A stretch of 64,000 bases of DNA, taken from NCBI GenBank assembly GCA_012295275.1, contig CM022670.1, forward strand, positions 26,040,001 to 26,104,000, in the 5' to 3' direction. The number at the start of each line of letters is the position of its first letter. The stretch's first letter is position 1. The position numbers and the translations under genes are program-made. Below are positions 1 through 13,586 of the stretch, one piece after another. The notes beneath the pieces were generated by a model that was given only the letters and a program-made list of their open reading frames with translations, had not been told where the DNA came from and searched no databases. This DNA is from Chrysomallon squamiferum (lineage: Eukaryota; Animalia; Mollusca).

Positions 1-1050
1 TTTGAACGCCAAAGGCTGCTGTTGGTGGATATTTCAGACTGGTATCTTGTTCTTGTTACTTGACGACTGTTCATGATGGTAACAACGACCCGTTATAATT
101 GATAAACTAAAGACTTTTCCATATAACTTTAAGACTGAAGAAACAGCTATTACTTTGATGAATATCAAGTGCTGGGTGTTATAAAGAAAGATGTCTAAAT
201 GCAAGAACCCAGAAATGTATGTATCCTTGTAATTTTGTTATTTTCTTTTTGTTGTTGTTGTTGCTGTTGCTGTTGCTATTGTTATTGTTCTTCATCTTAT
301 CATCATTATTATTTATTACTATTATTATGGTAATTATTATTAAATGTTTTTTTGTAACTAAAACAAAGAGACAGTTTAATTACAGTTCTTTGACCTTTGA
401 CATATATGCATTTTGAGTCACTAGAGATTCTTAAAGTGAGGATCATATATTTTCTTTGGATATAAATGAAATTTCCAAATATGTTGGAAACAAGATTTAT
501 TTCCATATATAAAAAAAAAACTGTATGAGTGAAAAAACAACAACAACAACATCATCAACAGTAATAATAACATATTGTAATAATAATTAATAATATTTTA
601 AACAAACAAACAAATAAATAAATAAATAAATCTCCTGTTTCGGGAATATTAAAACAAGCTAATATACATTTATGATGGCTCATACTAGATAACTAAATAA
701 CTTTGAAACAAAAAATAAAATATTTAATTCTTTCTGTCTTTATTTGAATGTTTTTATTTTCACTCATTCATTCATCCATATTTTTGTTGTTTTTATTTTT
801 TATTTTATTTTTTATTTTTATAAATTTATTTATTTATTTGAATTTGAATTTGTTTGTTTGTTAGTTCGAGAGCTGTCAAGAATCTTTAATGGCTTCACAC
901 AAGATCAGTGAGATGGTATTTAAATATAAATCATTATATTTAACGATATTTTCATGCAATAGTTGTTACTCTTAATGCAGCCATGTAGCCGTATAAATTA
1001 GTTTCACTAAATTGAATATTTAATTGAAATTAATAACTCTTTTCTCTTAC

Positions 1051-1194
1051 CTTTTTTCTCGTGTTAAATATGTCGGGTTGTCGTAAAGTTCTCTGGATTC
1101 TCTAACAGAACATCTCAGTTTCATTCCTTGTATTTCCATGTTTTCAGAACCATCCGATTCACCGTCTGACTGACTTCCTCGACTGTTCTGGAAT
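1051..1194 (-). CDS. Internal coding exon (phase 2-2, 144 nt) of an unidentified gene; paralogous to the exon at 1443-1576
   Basis: Acceptor tctcctcAG (1196-1195) and strong donor AAG|GTAAGA (GT at 1050-1049). Open frame (R)FQNSRGSQSDGESDGSENMEIQGMKLRCSVRESRELYDNPTYLTREK(R), in phase with the upstream exon. Confidence 0.7.
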
Positions 1195-1442
1195 CTGAGG
1201 AGACCGAAAGATTATTACATTATTAATCAGTGTTTAATCTGGATAAGAATCTGGATGTTATATCTTATAACGTGGTTCTGTATAAGATAAAAATATAACT
1301 GGATGTGGTATTCCTATCTAACCTTTGTAATTATGTTTAAGATTAACATTGATTTAGATCTGGTCTTTCTTCCTGTTAATTTTTGTATTTTCCGAATTTC
1401 CCAAATTTTAATCTGTAATATAAAAAACTTGGGTGAACTCAC

Positions 1443-1576
1443 CTCTTTTCAGATGTCTCGTATGTTGTGTTTTCGTTCGATTCTCTCGAATCCTTGTTAG
1501 AGTGTCCTAGGCTTGTACCTTGTATTTCCATAGACTCTGACATATCTGATCCAACATCAGACGAATTCAGTGACAT
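1443..1576 (-). CDS. Probable first coding exon of an unidentified acidic/Ser-rich protein; gene continues leftwards
   Basis: ATG at 1576, MSLNSSDVGSDMSESMEIQGTSLGHSNKDSRESNENTTYETSEK(R), ending at donor AG|GTGAGT (GT at 1442-1441). Clear similarity to the next exon. Confidence 0.6.
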
Positions 1577-2668
1577 CTTTTTAATTTTTATGTTTTCAAA
1601 GACCAGTTTTTCTTCCAGGATTTTAATGATTTTTTTTTTTTTTTTCAATACATCACACTCAAAATTTGTGCAATGTTATAATAAATCATATTTGTTAAAA
1701 AAAAGAAGAAAAAAGAAGTAATAATAATAATCAAATAAATAACATTAGGGAAAGAAAATTCGAGTATTCCAAATGAATACTTAAAAATAATGCAGATGAA
1801 GTTTTGTTAAAACTGAAGGTGATAAATAATGAAAATGAACACACTGAGTCGACCAGTATAGTCAATGTCTTTTGCTGAACCTATAGCAGACGACACCATA
1901 ATCAATATGGTATTGTATAAATGTATAAATGTAAACTGACAAGATAAACCTCATTGTATTATTGACAGCCAATCAAATAAGCAAATACATGGCACGTGAT
2001 AGAGACATAAGCAAAGAGTGTCGGTGCTTGTTGAGTTATGAATATGATTACTGGTTACCATAGCAAAGTAGACACAATCACATCAACAGCGTAACATTTT
2101 GAATCACAACTGCAGTGTACAAATATTTGTTTTAGCCATCAGTTTTCGTTTCTAATGTCTACCGTTATTAAGTGAACATTTGCTTGAAAATTTCAGCATT
2201 TAATGATTTGCTATAATAATATAAACGAAACAATATTAGCAATACAGTTATTAGCATCACCAAAATAAATGCATCTCTCTTTCTCTGTGTCTGTGTCTCT
2301 TTCTCGCTCTTTCTCTGTCTCTGTGTGTCTGAGTGTGTACAGAAAATAACTTCATAAGCTTCTATTTTATCGTCAAATTTTATATGTTTTAAAATCTGTC
2401 TACTGCTTTAAACAGTTAGTTGTATTAGCAAATGTATTTAGACTCTACAGGGACACTTTAATACTGACAGGCACGAACTCGCAGTATGGTATATCTCTGT
2501 AGAACAACTACTCACCCTACGTTTTTCCTTCTGTTATGGTATTCTTTGTATTAAAGAATATTTGAGTCCCATGATTTTTTCCCGATATCCTAGATCGTCC
2601 CTTCTGATATATACACATAATTACAGAATTGTAAATAAATAAATAAATAAATAAATAATTGTTTCATT

Positions 2669-2704
<36 letters not shown>

Positions 2705-2754
2705 TTTTCTTTTGATTTTTTATAAAGATTTTTTATTTTTGGTTATGTTCTGTC

Positions 2755-2790
<36 letters not shown>

Positions 2791-3790
2791 TATTTCAATT
2801 TCGCATGACACTACATCCAAAATGCGAGAAACAAGCTGTCCAATCACTTCTAAAGATATTATATAGATCAATTAAACCAATAACAATAATGGAAAAATAT
2901 TATTTTTCTTATCTCTTAAGCCTGCAGACCTTTGAAACAAATGACATATAAATCACCCTCGAAGCAATTTTACGCAAAATATTCAAATAAAATGTATTTA
3001 GTTAATAAGAAAAAAACTCGCGTAATATCGATAATGCTATTGGTACAAGTTCAGAGTGTTCAGTTATTTCATTCAATCATTGTCAGTTGATACTTTAAAC
3101 CTTAATTCACAGTCGCTAACAGTAGCAGCAACCCTTTCTGTACTTAGATAAAAATATGTGCGGGTCTTAAGATATGTTGATTTTCGAAAAATAAAAGCTC
3201 GGATTCTTCATTTTTTATAATTCTCCTTCTGATTTTTTGGTTTGCTGTACGGTATCAACTGGTGAAATTTAAACTGGAAAGGAATTAAAAAACGTCAAGG
3301 ACAGCTCCGAAGCTTACTCCGAAGTAAACCAAATATGTTATTTTTGATAAAATTCAATCTAGAAATAGTCTTTCATTTTTGTGTAGATATGGATTAAAAC
3401 ATAGATATACATTACTTCCACTCTTTCTATATTAAAAACAAAGTAAAACTGACGTTCTTAAGTAGGAGTGTATACATCTTCTGTATTGGAAATGTTAAAC
3501 AAAAAGAGGAAAGAAAACAAAAATAAAAGAAATGTTTTTTTAAATCCGAGAGTTCTGTTTTCAGACCATGTAAGACATTTACAGTCTAAGAGAAAAATTC
3601 CACTGCTGTTATCCTCACGACTTCAGATTGTTTCAGATTAATTTTAATTTATTGTTATTAGTACTAGTAGTAGTAAGATGTTACATTTTTGAACTAAAAG
3701 AGAAAATGAAAAATACATAAATAGCCGAATTCTAAGGACAAACAATTATTGTCTCGAACAGCTCTGGTTTGGAAGTTTCACTTTTGCATT

Positions 3791-4861
3791 ATGTCCAACA
3801 TCACCAATACCTGTGACGTTAAAAGAGAAAGTGGTTTACATATCCCACTGGGACTGCACGTTTTTGCTGGAATTGGTATGTTTGTGGTAATACTTCTAGC
3901 TGTAGTGGGAAACCTGCTTGTGATTCTCTCGTTCATTCAGGATAAACAGCTTAGAAAGCCATACAACATGTACATCCTTAGTCTTGCCGTTTGCGATCTC
4001 TTCATCGGCAGCATCAGTATGCCATTCTATGCACATTACACCCTCAACAACTGGATTTGGATTTTTGGAAAGACGTTCTGTACAGTGTGGTCAGTCAATG
4101 ATTACTGTTTTTGTTTGGAAGTTATATTTCTTATCGTTCTCTTGAGCCACGACCGAGTTTTGTTGGTGACAAATGGACCCAAGTATGTTATAAAGGAAAC
4201 CAAATTTCGGGTAGGAATCAAAATAACAGTTTCTTTTATTGTCTCATTCAGTGTGTATGGATCTTGTATTATCGGCTGGGAGCACTGGAGAGGATATTCT
4301 ATTGTAGATCCCACAGACTGCGATATCGAGTTTTATGACAATTTTTACTTCAGTATTGCTATAGCCATTTTTGAACTTACTCTTCCTGTTGCAACAGTAT
4401 CTGTTTTGAATTTCATTGTTTTTTGGAAAATTCACAAGCGAATTAAAGTGCAAGGCATTTCAAATAACTATCGCAGAAATAAAAATTCGGAATTGCAAGA
4501 AGAGGTTGCAGACGACTCGTCTACCAAAAGTGATCGAGCAGAGAAATTCCATCGGTACCAAATCCAAAAATCTGTGAGACAAGACAAAAAAACCGCAAAG
4601 TTTCTGGCAATTCTTGTAATCACATTTTTGTTAATGTGGGGTCCATATACGATTATACAGTTGTTAAATAATATCTGCGAAGACTGTATCAACAGGCATG
4701 TGGAAGAATTTTTTGTCTGGTTTTTATGGACAAAGTCGTCTGTTAACCCGTTTCTCTACGCTCTTCAAAACACCCGATTTCGGATGAACATCTTCAGACT
4801 TTTACCATGCTTAAATCTGTTTTTTAAACGAAATAATCGCGTTGCAGTTGACGATAATTAG
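3791..4861 (+). CDS. Intronless class A aminergic GPCR, histamine H3/H4 receptor-like (~356 aa)
   Basis: Seven hydrophobic segments. TM1 GN, TM2 LAVCD, ECL1 WIFG..C, TM3 Asp (NDY) and DRV, TM5 FELTLP, TM6 WGPY, TM7 SSVNPFLY. N-terminal NIT sequon. First ATG is at 3791; the ORF track starts at an upstream TTG. Confidence 0.9.
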   Translation: MSNITNTCDVKRESGLHIPLGLHVFAGIGMFVVILLAVVGNLLVILSFIQDKQLRKPYNMYILSLAVCDLFIGSISMPFYAHYTLNNWIWIFGKTFCTVWSVNDYCFCLEVIFLIVLLSHDRVLLVTNGPKYVIKETKFRVGIKITVSFIVSFSVYGSCIIGWEHWRGYSIVDPTDCDIEFYDNFYFSIAIAIFELTLPVATVSVLNFIVFWKIHKRIKVQGISNNYRRNKNSELQEEVADDSSTKSDRAEKFHRYQIQKSVRQDKKTAKFLAILVITFLLMWGPYTIIQLLNNICEDCINRHVEEFFVWFLWTKSSVNPFLYALQNTRFRMNIFRLLPCLNLFFKRNNRVAVDDN

Positions 4862-6879
4862 ATAAAATTCATACGCAAGTCTTTGCTAACCGAATTTTTA
4901 AAAATTCGAATATTATACGCATTTTGGCATATTAATTGTCTTTGCATATTCCCCTGGATTCAAGAAAAACAACAACAATAGAATATAAACAATAAAACGA
5001 GTGAGAGAGAAAAAGGAAGTACTTTCACAGTAACACATCAATATTTCTGTTTACAAAATAAATTTAAAAAAATAAAAAAAAAGAGCGAGAGAGAAGTATA
5101 ATGTAAAAACTCCTTTCGAGTGTCCTTACCATTCTCCATTGAGGATATTAGGTAATTTTGCAGTTTAGATGATCACCTAATCATCAAAGAGTTTGTTGAA
5201 TATTTTGCAGCTGTTTGTTTTTCTCTTGCTAGTGCAAATGTAAGAAGATGACAGAAAACTGTCTAAGCTCGTTTCAGCCTTACCGGCATGAGGAAACAAA
5301 GAAGACAAATTCCAGAAGATAAATAATTATTAGGATGTTTTAAAAAAAATTAAAAAAATAAATAAAAACGAAAAAAAACAAAAAACAAAACAAACAACAA
5401 ACAAACACAACAGACGTTGTACTAAAAGACACTTTTACCATGACATCTTTAAATCCATTCAGTTGCTTCACTGTTAATGTGAGATTGTCTTGCCCAAAGA
5501 CCGCACAGATGAGAAATTGGCAATTATAATGATTCAAGTGCGAGGACTCGTAAAGCTAGTTTCTATAAATATATACTCTGTAAGTCCGCTTATTTTAATA
5601 CTATTTTAATATGCAAACTATGTATGTTTTTTTGTTGTTTTTTAATTTTTTTTTTTCTTAATGTTTGTTATTGTTGTTTTTGTTGTTTTTATTTTCATTG
5701 TGTAATTAAACACAGTGTATTTTGCTTACCTCTCGAATACAACATGACCCAAACACAAACAGATGTAACCCAGTGACTCAGTTACTGTAGATATCGTGAT
5801 CTCATTGCTTTATTTTATCGGTCTAATTGACTGAAGGACTTGTTTGAAACAAACAGGTTTTCAATAACTTTTAAACTATTATCCAGTTTCAGATACAATA
5901 TCTATTCTAACTGACAAACTAGTTTTAACAAATACATTATAGATAAAATAAAATATCTTAAAAGGTAAAAAAAAAAAAAAAAAAAATAGACGAAGAAAAA
6001 GAAACGTTTCTTGTGTTGTTTCTCATTTACAGAGATGACTGTGTCTGGAGGTGACTGTGTCTTTGGTTATCCCATTCCAACCAGTTTCGAGAATAGCGAG
6101 TTGTATATATATATTTTTTTTTTTCACTGATCATAATGAACATTTGGTTTTCTTTTTTCTTTCATTACTGTTTTATAGACCATATTTAGCTGTTTAGTTC
6201 TTTATTATTATTATTATTTTAAATTAAAGTTTTAGGGTCATTTTAAAGACAATATAGTGCACTTAACACACACACACACAAACACACACACACAAAAAGT
6301 ATCAAATAAAGAAGACTACGTAAAACATTTAATTTCAAAACATTCTCACGTACATAAGAAAAAGGTAATATGGATATCCAACAAACATCTAAATGGACCA
6401 TTTATTTTAAAATTCACACACACACACGCACCTACAGATGATGAAAAACATCTGCATATGTTCAAAATAAATACAAAATCTGAAGGCAGGGTGTTTTGGA
6501 ACCACAGACATTCACACATGCATGTAGTTAATTATCCATTTTCGATTAGTCACTTTCTGTCTCTAAAGTGACATTTCGTAATTTTAATTTATCAAATCGA
6601 ATAAGAAAATTAGTCTTTATGGTCTTTAAATCGGCTTTAATATTCTCACGTTATGTTTTGATGCTTTAGATACTGTTTCCAAAATCTAATATAATAATAA
6701 TAACAAAATTTTAAAATTTTTGTATATGTTAAACTTTCATGGCTTTGTCGAACATTTAAACAATTTTTTTTACTGGGGTGCCAAAATATTTCTGTGAACC
6801 CAATTTACATAAACAGCAGATTTATGAATGTAACATATATTCGTAAACACTGTTACTATAGGTATCAATACAGTCAACA

Positions 6880-7027
6880 TTTCGTCACCCCTTCTCAAAT
6901 TCTAGTGAAAACACGCACACACTCACTCCTTTAAATGAATTCTCGTTTTATTTCGTATATCGTCGGATATTTTCGGTTATTGTCGGACGACTACGGAAAT
7001 TCTTTCAGGTTAATGTCAAAACAACAG
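6880..7027 (+). promoter_or_regulatory. CpG-enriched promoter and non-coding first exon of the raftlin-like gene
   Basis: Local CpG cluster at ~6880-7250 and consensus donor CAG|GTAAGA at 7027/7028. Matching acceptor tttttcaaatcAG at 7913, just before ATG 7921. Confidence 0.6.
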
Positions 7028-7920
7028 GTAAGAAACATACGAACATTTCGGAACAGTTAGGTTGTTTACACTTTTTGTCATCAGACAGATATTTGTCCTA
7101 AACTGAACGGTAATACAAGGCTACTTGCTTAAGACAAAACATAATCATAAAATATATTATTATTATTTTACTGAGATACGTTATATGGCGCTGTCATCTT
7201 AGAGTTAAGTTGTTATTTTAATTTCAATCGGGAAACACTTGCCGATGTTTGAGACTATCCTTTATAAATTTCATAATATGCTGAAATGAGCTTTTGTAAA
7301 ACTTGCTCCATCAAACTATAGTATTGTAACACTAAATTTTTGATAATTTGTAAGTTATACAATTCTATTACGAGAAACTGATATATATATATGTAGGTCT
7401 TAAGATAACAACTTTATCATACTAAAACTAGAATGCCGAATTACAGCAAGACTGTCCAGAGCTGAGAAGCATACATTTTTTTGTTTTTATCCGTCAATCC
7501 AAAAAATTAATAAATATTAAATAAAATTAATTGTTTTATATTTCAGCTCATAAAGAGTTATAGTAGATTTATGCATATTGATTTCTTTGATATCCTGCAC
7601 ATGAAAAACAAAACAGTTTTTAAATAACAATTTGGACCATATACCAAAGAGTCTTACAGAAGTATCTATGAACTATGTGTTCAAACAAGTAATAAAACTA
7701 TGTTTTTGGACAGAGCCCACAAAAATGAATACAAAAATGTATCGATGACATCATCTTGCCATTGTGTATTTTTATTTTTTTTTTTTTATTATTGTTCTTG
7801 TTACATGATAGCATTTGTTTTTATTTTTTTTATTTTTATTTTCATGAAATTGTTTTCTAAAAAAATTTATATTTGAAGTTTTACTTATAATTTCGAATGC
7901 TTTTTCAAATCAGAATCAAG

Positions 7921-9477
7921 ATGGGTAACAAATCTACTAAAGGACAGGTCATAACAACTAAAAAACCTCCAGCAGTGCCTGAAGGACCACCATATCCAGG
8001 ACCCAGTGTTCAGTACTTCTTCTTAAACACAGAGGTATCAATGACCTCACAAATACATTTGTTTGGTAGCAGCATGATCACGACTGATGTTGACAACTAC
8101 TATCCACTTCTTGCAAGTAAATATTCAGAAGGTTTCAGACTGTTGACATTCTACCGGATTCCCTGTGCAAGCAAATTAAGTGGGTTGAAAACTGTGGTCA
8201 CTCCATTTCAAGGAATATTTTGTCGAGATCCTGCTGCACCTTTGCAGCTCAGAATTGAAAAGTCATTGTTGGTGACACAGAATATCCATAATGGTCTTAT
8301 TAATTTTAGTTTGACGCAAGGGCAAGTCAGTGACACAACCCACTTGTATCAGGCCATATTAAACAACACACAAAATGGTGGTCGACTTGTTTGTATTGAA
8401 ATGACTGGTGGTATGCAGAGCCAAGGATTTAAGGCAGCAAGCCATGGAATAAGTCCAAGTAGGTGCAGGTGTTTTTTTAAATAAGTTATTCCATAGGATT
8501 CTAATTGTTCTTAAACACAGTCTTCTATACACATTTGATTACATTTCAAAAATACTCAATGTTACTTTTTGTTAACTGTACTTCTTGATTTCATAGAATA
8601 TCTGTATAGAATGTTTAATTATTGTTCCCCAACAGTAAACAAATAAAGAAAGCATTTTTTTTTCTTTAATTTTGTGGGGGGTATGTCAAAAGCATTAAGC
8701 ATCATTGCCCCAGATAATTTTAATTTAAAACATCATTTTATGGCATCAGACTAATGTTATGAGATGCTAAATGTGAAAAAAAAAAAAATATATTGAGAAA
8801 TGTGGAAAATTTTATATTGACTGTTAGTTTTTTATTTTGATATAATGCTAATTTTTTTTTTTTTTCCAGAGATGGCAGTTGATCTCTTCTTTGAGATTCC
8901 AACATCACCAAATTCAGAGAGATATGTATACCAATCTGTTCCTATTCCATTCACAACAGAAAGCTCTTTCTCTTTTAGTGGACAAGATATTAGGGTCATC
9001 TGTGACTGGAATGGTAACTTGGCAAATCTCCTCAGTCAGGGTTGGCGACTTGTTGAGATTTTCAAAGATCAAACTACGACAACGCAACAGTCTGGTCTGT
9101 CAGTAAGCAGTACAATGAATGCAATCTGGTTCTTTGAAAAACCTGCTTCTTGTATTGAAGACTGCACTCCTCGCTACCAGGGTATGGTAGTCGAGCACTG
9201 GATGGATGTGGTAGGAGGGTTCAGAGGAACCAGTGCCAAAACTGGGTGGGAACCTGTGATTGAGCAGTTAGGTGGTCAGGGTTGGGAACTGGCTTGCATT
9301 CTTGAAACACCAGAAGTTAGAAGGAATGGTCTGGCTTCAATTCGTGTAAAAGTACTGCTTTTCCTTCAGAGACTGATTCTGCCACCTCTTGGTCAGGCAG
9401 CATGTTTTCAAACAGGAACAGCCACAGGTTATACTCCAGAACTTCCACCTTCCTATGAAGAAGCTGCCAAGCAGTAA
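7921..9477 (+). CDS. Raftlin-like protein; coding exons 7921-8458 and 8870-9477 (~381 aa)
   Basis: Phase-1 intron A|GTAGGT...tttttccAG|AG joins the two ORFs in frame. N-terminus MGNKST (myristoylation-type). VVEHW...WEPVIEQLGGQGWELACILETPEV...VLLFLQRLILP resembles the raftlin (RFTN1/2) core as I recall it. C-terminal PPSY. Confidence 0.75.
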
Positions 9478-10498
9478 TCATGTAACAGCTTTGTAGTATG
9501 AATTTGTTAGGTGCCTTCTTACCAACTGACATTCACGAAAATCCACTTAATTTTGATTTTAAAAATAAAACTCTGTCATTTATAAAAACAGCAACTGACC
9601 ATTTACTAATATTACTATGAAGATGCATAAAAAAAAAAATGTCTTGAAGTGACAACAGCAAGTTTCTTCTCTCAGCATGCAACAACTATGAATGACACCT
9701 GATAACCACTGATTTTCTCTTGCTTAAATGACAAGCTTTGCACCATGAAATGGAATCTTTACACTTCTACATTACCAAAACTCAAAAAAAAAAAAAATCC
9801 ACAAAAATACTAAAAACGATTTTATTTTGAAGATATTTTATGTCTTTCTATTTAGATTTTATTATATATGTATATTTATATTTTATAAACACACTCACAC
9901 AGACATATAAACATACATATATCTAAAATGTATACATGTATTTACGGTTTCAATATTATATACATCAAATTTTAATATGAATCTTATATAAATTATACAT
10001 GTTATATATGCTTATTTTTATATTTGTTTATTATTTTGGAAAGAATACATTTTTAAATCTAAATCTGTTTATTTATTAATTTAACATTACTTTTTTATTG
10101 TTTTAATGTGAAAATATGACTGACATAAAAATAAGCCCCCAAAAACAGGGAAGATAGGTAAATAAAATATCTACAAATAAAATGTCCTGGAGGAATAAAC
10201 ATTTTTAAAAATAATACTTTTATATAACTTGTCAGAGCATTTTTATTATTGTATCTTTTCAACACATTTTCAGACACATGTATATAAAAATAATATGATT
10301 TCTTAGGGTTATTTTCCTGCATAGTATTCATTTCATATAATAATTAGAAACATTACATAAATGCAGAAACACAGATATTTATTATTATTAGGTTATCTGT
10401 ATAAGATAAATACCAAAACCATACAAGAACTTCACACATACTGATAGAAGCTGCACCACTGAAAAAATTTGATTATACTCACAACATGATTAGATTTA

Positions 10499-13253
10499 TT
10501 ATGATAATTTTCTGTCTACAGTTTTCAGTAAGAGGTCTGCTGCAAAGCCTGGTGTGACAACACCTTTCACAACAAGTTTTTCTAATTTGGGCAGCTTCTT
10601 CTGCACTTCCGGACTTTGTTTAAATATCTCCATCACATCATGCTGCAAATGGCTCCACATCCACACTTTAAGCTGTTTTTTTCTCTTGGCTACAAATTCT
10701 CCTGATTTTAACATAGCTTCCTTGAAATTAATCATTTTGTTATAGAGTTCAGGAATACCTTCATTTTTAATTGATGATATTCTGCAAACCTATAAAATGA
10801 GGAATAAGTTAATCAAGTGCATTTAATTATAGTCATTAAAGTCTTTTATCTAATGTCTGTAACTTCCTATGACAATCAGCTGTAATAACTGTGGAGAGTG
10901 CTTGAAGTTTTTAATTGTTTACAATAATTATTCTTGTATATTTAGATTTACATTTTATAAAAAGAAAAAACAAACAAAAAAACATTTGTTGTAGTTATAA
11001 CAGTAGGATTTAAACCAGTATCAACATTTCAAAATTTCTATTGTTTTGGGGTTTTTTCTTAAAGGATTTATTTGTGATTATCCTGTGTTTTTTAAGATGC
11101 TAATCACAAATCTTGAAGATTTTTGTCACTGTTTAATTTTTTGGTGTGTTACCTGAGGTTTCCAAACCTTGGATCTGCGTCTCATGAACTTCAAAGCACT
11201 GATATACTCAGCTTGAATCCTTCGAGCAGCTGGTATCAGATCACCATCACTTTTATTTACAACAACAAGGTCTGCAACTTCAATGATACCTTTCTTAATT
11301 CCTTGAAAGAAAGAAAACAAAGCTGTACTTAATGATAACTTTCATTTTTAATAATCATTTTGTCAAAGATTTATAAAACACATAACAGGATATTTTCCTT
11401 TTAATAAGTTAGCTGTTGTTCCTGCTTTGTAATTTGGAGCTATTGCAGATAAAAAAAAAAGTAAAAAAAAAAAAGATGATCTTAATAATGGCCCTACTTT
11501 ACTAAATAGTATTTGTTTTAATAAATATGTTTCTTAGAGGCATAACATAACTTCTTGGAAAATCAAATATTTTCTTTTAGATTTATTTTTCAAGACAATA
11601 AATATGCCATGTATTCTGACTATTGAAATGGTTTTTTTTTATTTATTTATTTATTTATATTTATTTATTTAATTTTAACATTTTATAAAAACGACCTCAC
11701 AATAAAAGGGATAACAACAAGGACCTTGTTACATTATGTGTGTTTGTGAGTTTTTTTTTTTTTTTTTTTTTTTTATTATTATTTATTTTTAAATATTTAT
11801 ATATTTATTTTGTTCTTATCCTGACAATACAATCATTTGGAAGTATTAAAAAACATTGATATCATCAGAGGTACTGTTTAAAATAAAACAGCAAGTTAAC
11901 CACAAAGAACACATACCTTGCAGCTCATCTCCTCCTGCTGGGGGTATAATTAAACAGAAAAGATCTACCATGTCAGCAACAACAAATTCTGATTGACCAA
12001 CACCTATGGAAAACAGCAAATAAGAAAATGTTGTTTGGGAAATTATGTATGTTTGTAACAAAATTCAGTTAATGTTTTGAAGAGAATTAAAAAATAAAAT
12101 GCTTTCTAACACATCTGTATGAATTACAGTTTATAAATTACAATCATATACAATATTTTTAATAAACAAAATATGTTGTTTATTTGATAAAATAACAGAC
12201 AAAGAATAAATGTTTGATGTTGATTTGCTTATTTTGGTTTAATAATGAAGATGAGATTTCTTCACACCTCTGATAAAAAGTAGTAACAGTAACTAGTGTT
12301 ATTACACTGTCACTTAAGTTATATAAAAATATTTTTGGTGCAAGAGCTATCTGAAGTGATTCAAATTATATATTTGGAACAAATTTCACAACTTGTCAAG
12401 AATTTTACAAAAAGTTATGTTCATGTTATGTCTACTAAATACATGTGTTTCTGTACAGCAGAATATTTTCTTTGCCTTTCTGTTGTTAAAATATATATTG
12501 TGTATCTACTTAAACATTCAACAATAATTCAGATTAAACAGATTTATCTCAGTCTGAGTTGAGAACATACAACTTTGACATCTGAGCTGTTTCCTGTCAT
12601 ACATTTTCTGAAAATATTGATGGAAAATATTGATGTGACACAGACCAAACAAAAATCTAAATTCAGTGGAGATTTGTAGCAATGTTTAACGTACCCACTG
12701 TTTCAACCAGGATGATGTCGTAACCTGCTCCCTCACACAGGACAACTGCCTCATTGGTTGTCCGAGTGACTCCTCCGAGAGAACCAGATGCAGGAGATGC
12801 TCTGATGTAAGCATTCTCATCACGAGACAACTCTGGCATTCTTGTTTTATCTCCAAGCAAAGATCCTAAACAGGTTATTGTTGATTTTTAGAGAAAAAGT
12901 ATTTAAAGAATAGTTTGTAAAAAAAAAAAAATAATAATAATAATAATAAACAAGATTATTTTTTGATTTTAAGAGAAATTTTTATTAAACAATTAATTTG
13001 ACCCCTTTTCTCTGTTGGTGGGAAAGGTTAATACATTTATCACTTGTTTTTGTTTTGTTTTGTTTTTATTTATTTGCATTCGTTTTCCCCCATATTGTTT
13101 TAATTTAAAATTTGGTTTAGATGCAGAACATCAGACAAGAAATACATTTTTTGTTATCTTCTTTTATTAAATACTGTTTCTTGCTTTTAATTTTTATTTA
13201 TTTGTTTGTTTGTTTGAATGAAATTTATGCAGAAAGACCATAATTAACTGCTC

Positions 13254-13288
<35 letters not shown>

Positions 13289-13551
13289 TAACATAATTTA
13301 AGTGAGATTTAAATAGTTTAAATAAATATTTGAAATAAAAATACAGTAAAAGAAAAATGTAAACCTCCAGTGGTTGATGATGATGGGTCGACTGCAAGAA
13401 CAGCAACTCGCAGACCTTGACCTGTGAGAAACTTGCCAAATGTTTCAATGAATGTGCTCTTCCCTGCACCCGGTGGTCCTGTCAGGCCTGCAGAAACAAA
13501 CAAACAAACAAACAAACAAACAAATAAATAAATAAATAAATAAATAAAAGA

Positions 13552-13586
<35 letters not shown>

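Noticed and set aside
1-74. Minus-strand ATG-initiated frame open to the window edge (MNSRQVTRTRYQ...)
   Set aside because: Only 24 codons, and I could not join it in frame to the upstream exons.
219-416. Poly-Leu/Ile short ORFs (also 2712, 13194, 49480, 55709-56064, 58993, 62431)
   Set aside because: These are translations of microsatellites or low-complexity DNA.
2632-2703. Inverted (TAAA)n/(TTTA)n hairpin
   Set aside because: Expected by chance given how abundant this microsatellite is in both orientations.
3749-3790. N-terminal extension of the GPCR in the ORF track
   Set aside because: It starts at TTG; the first ATG is at 3791.
6772-6805. Tc1-like terminal repeat fragment (ctggggtgccaaaatattt)
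   Set aside because: Too short, and no partner inverted repeat was found.
11302-11916. Possible 1-nt intron sliding in MMAA relative to vertebrates
   Set aside because: The intron is phase 1 here, but I cannot verify the vertebrate phase without a database.
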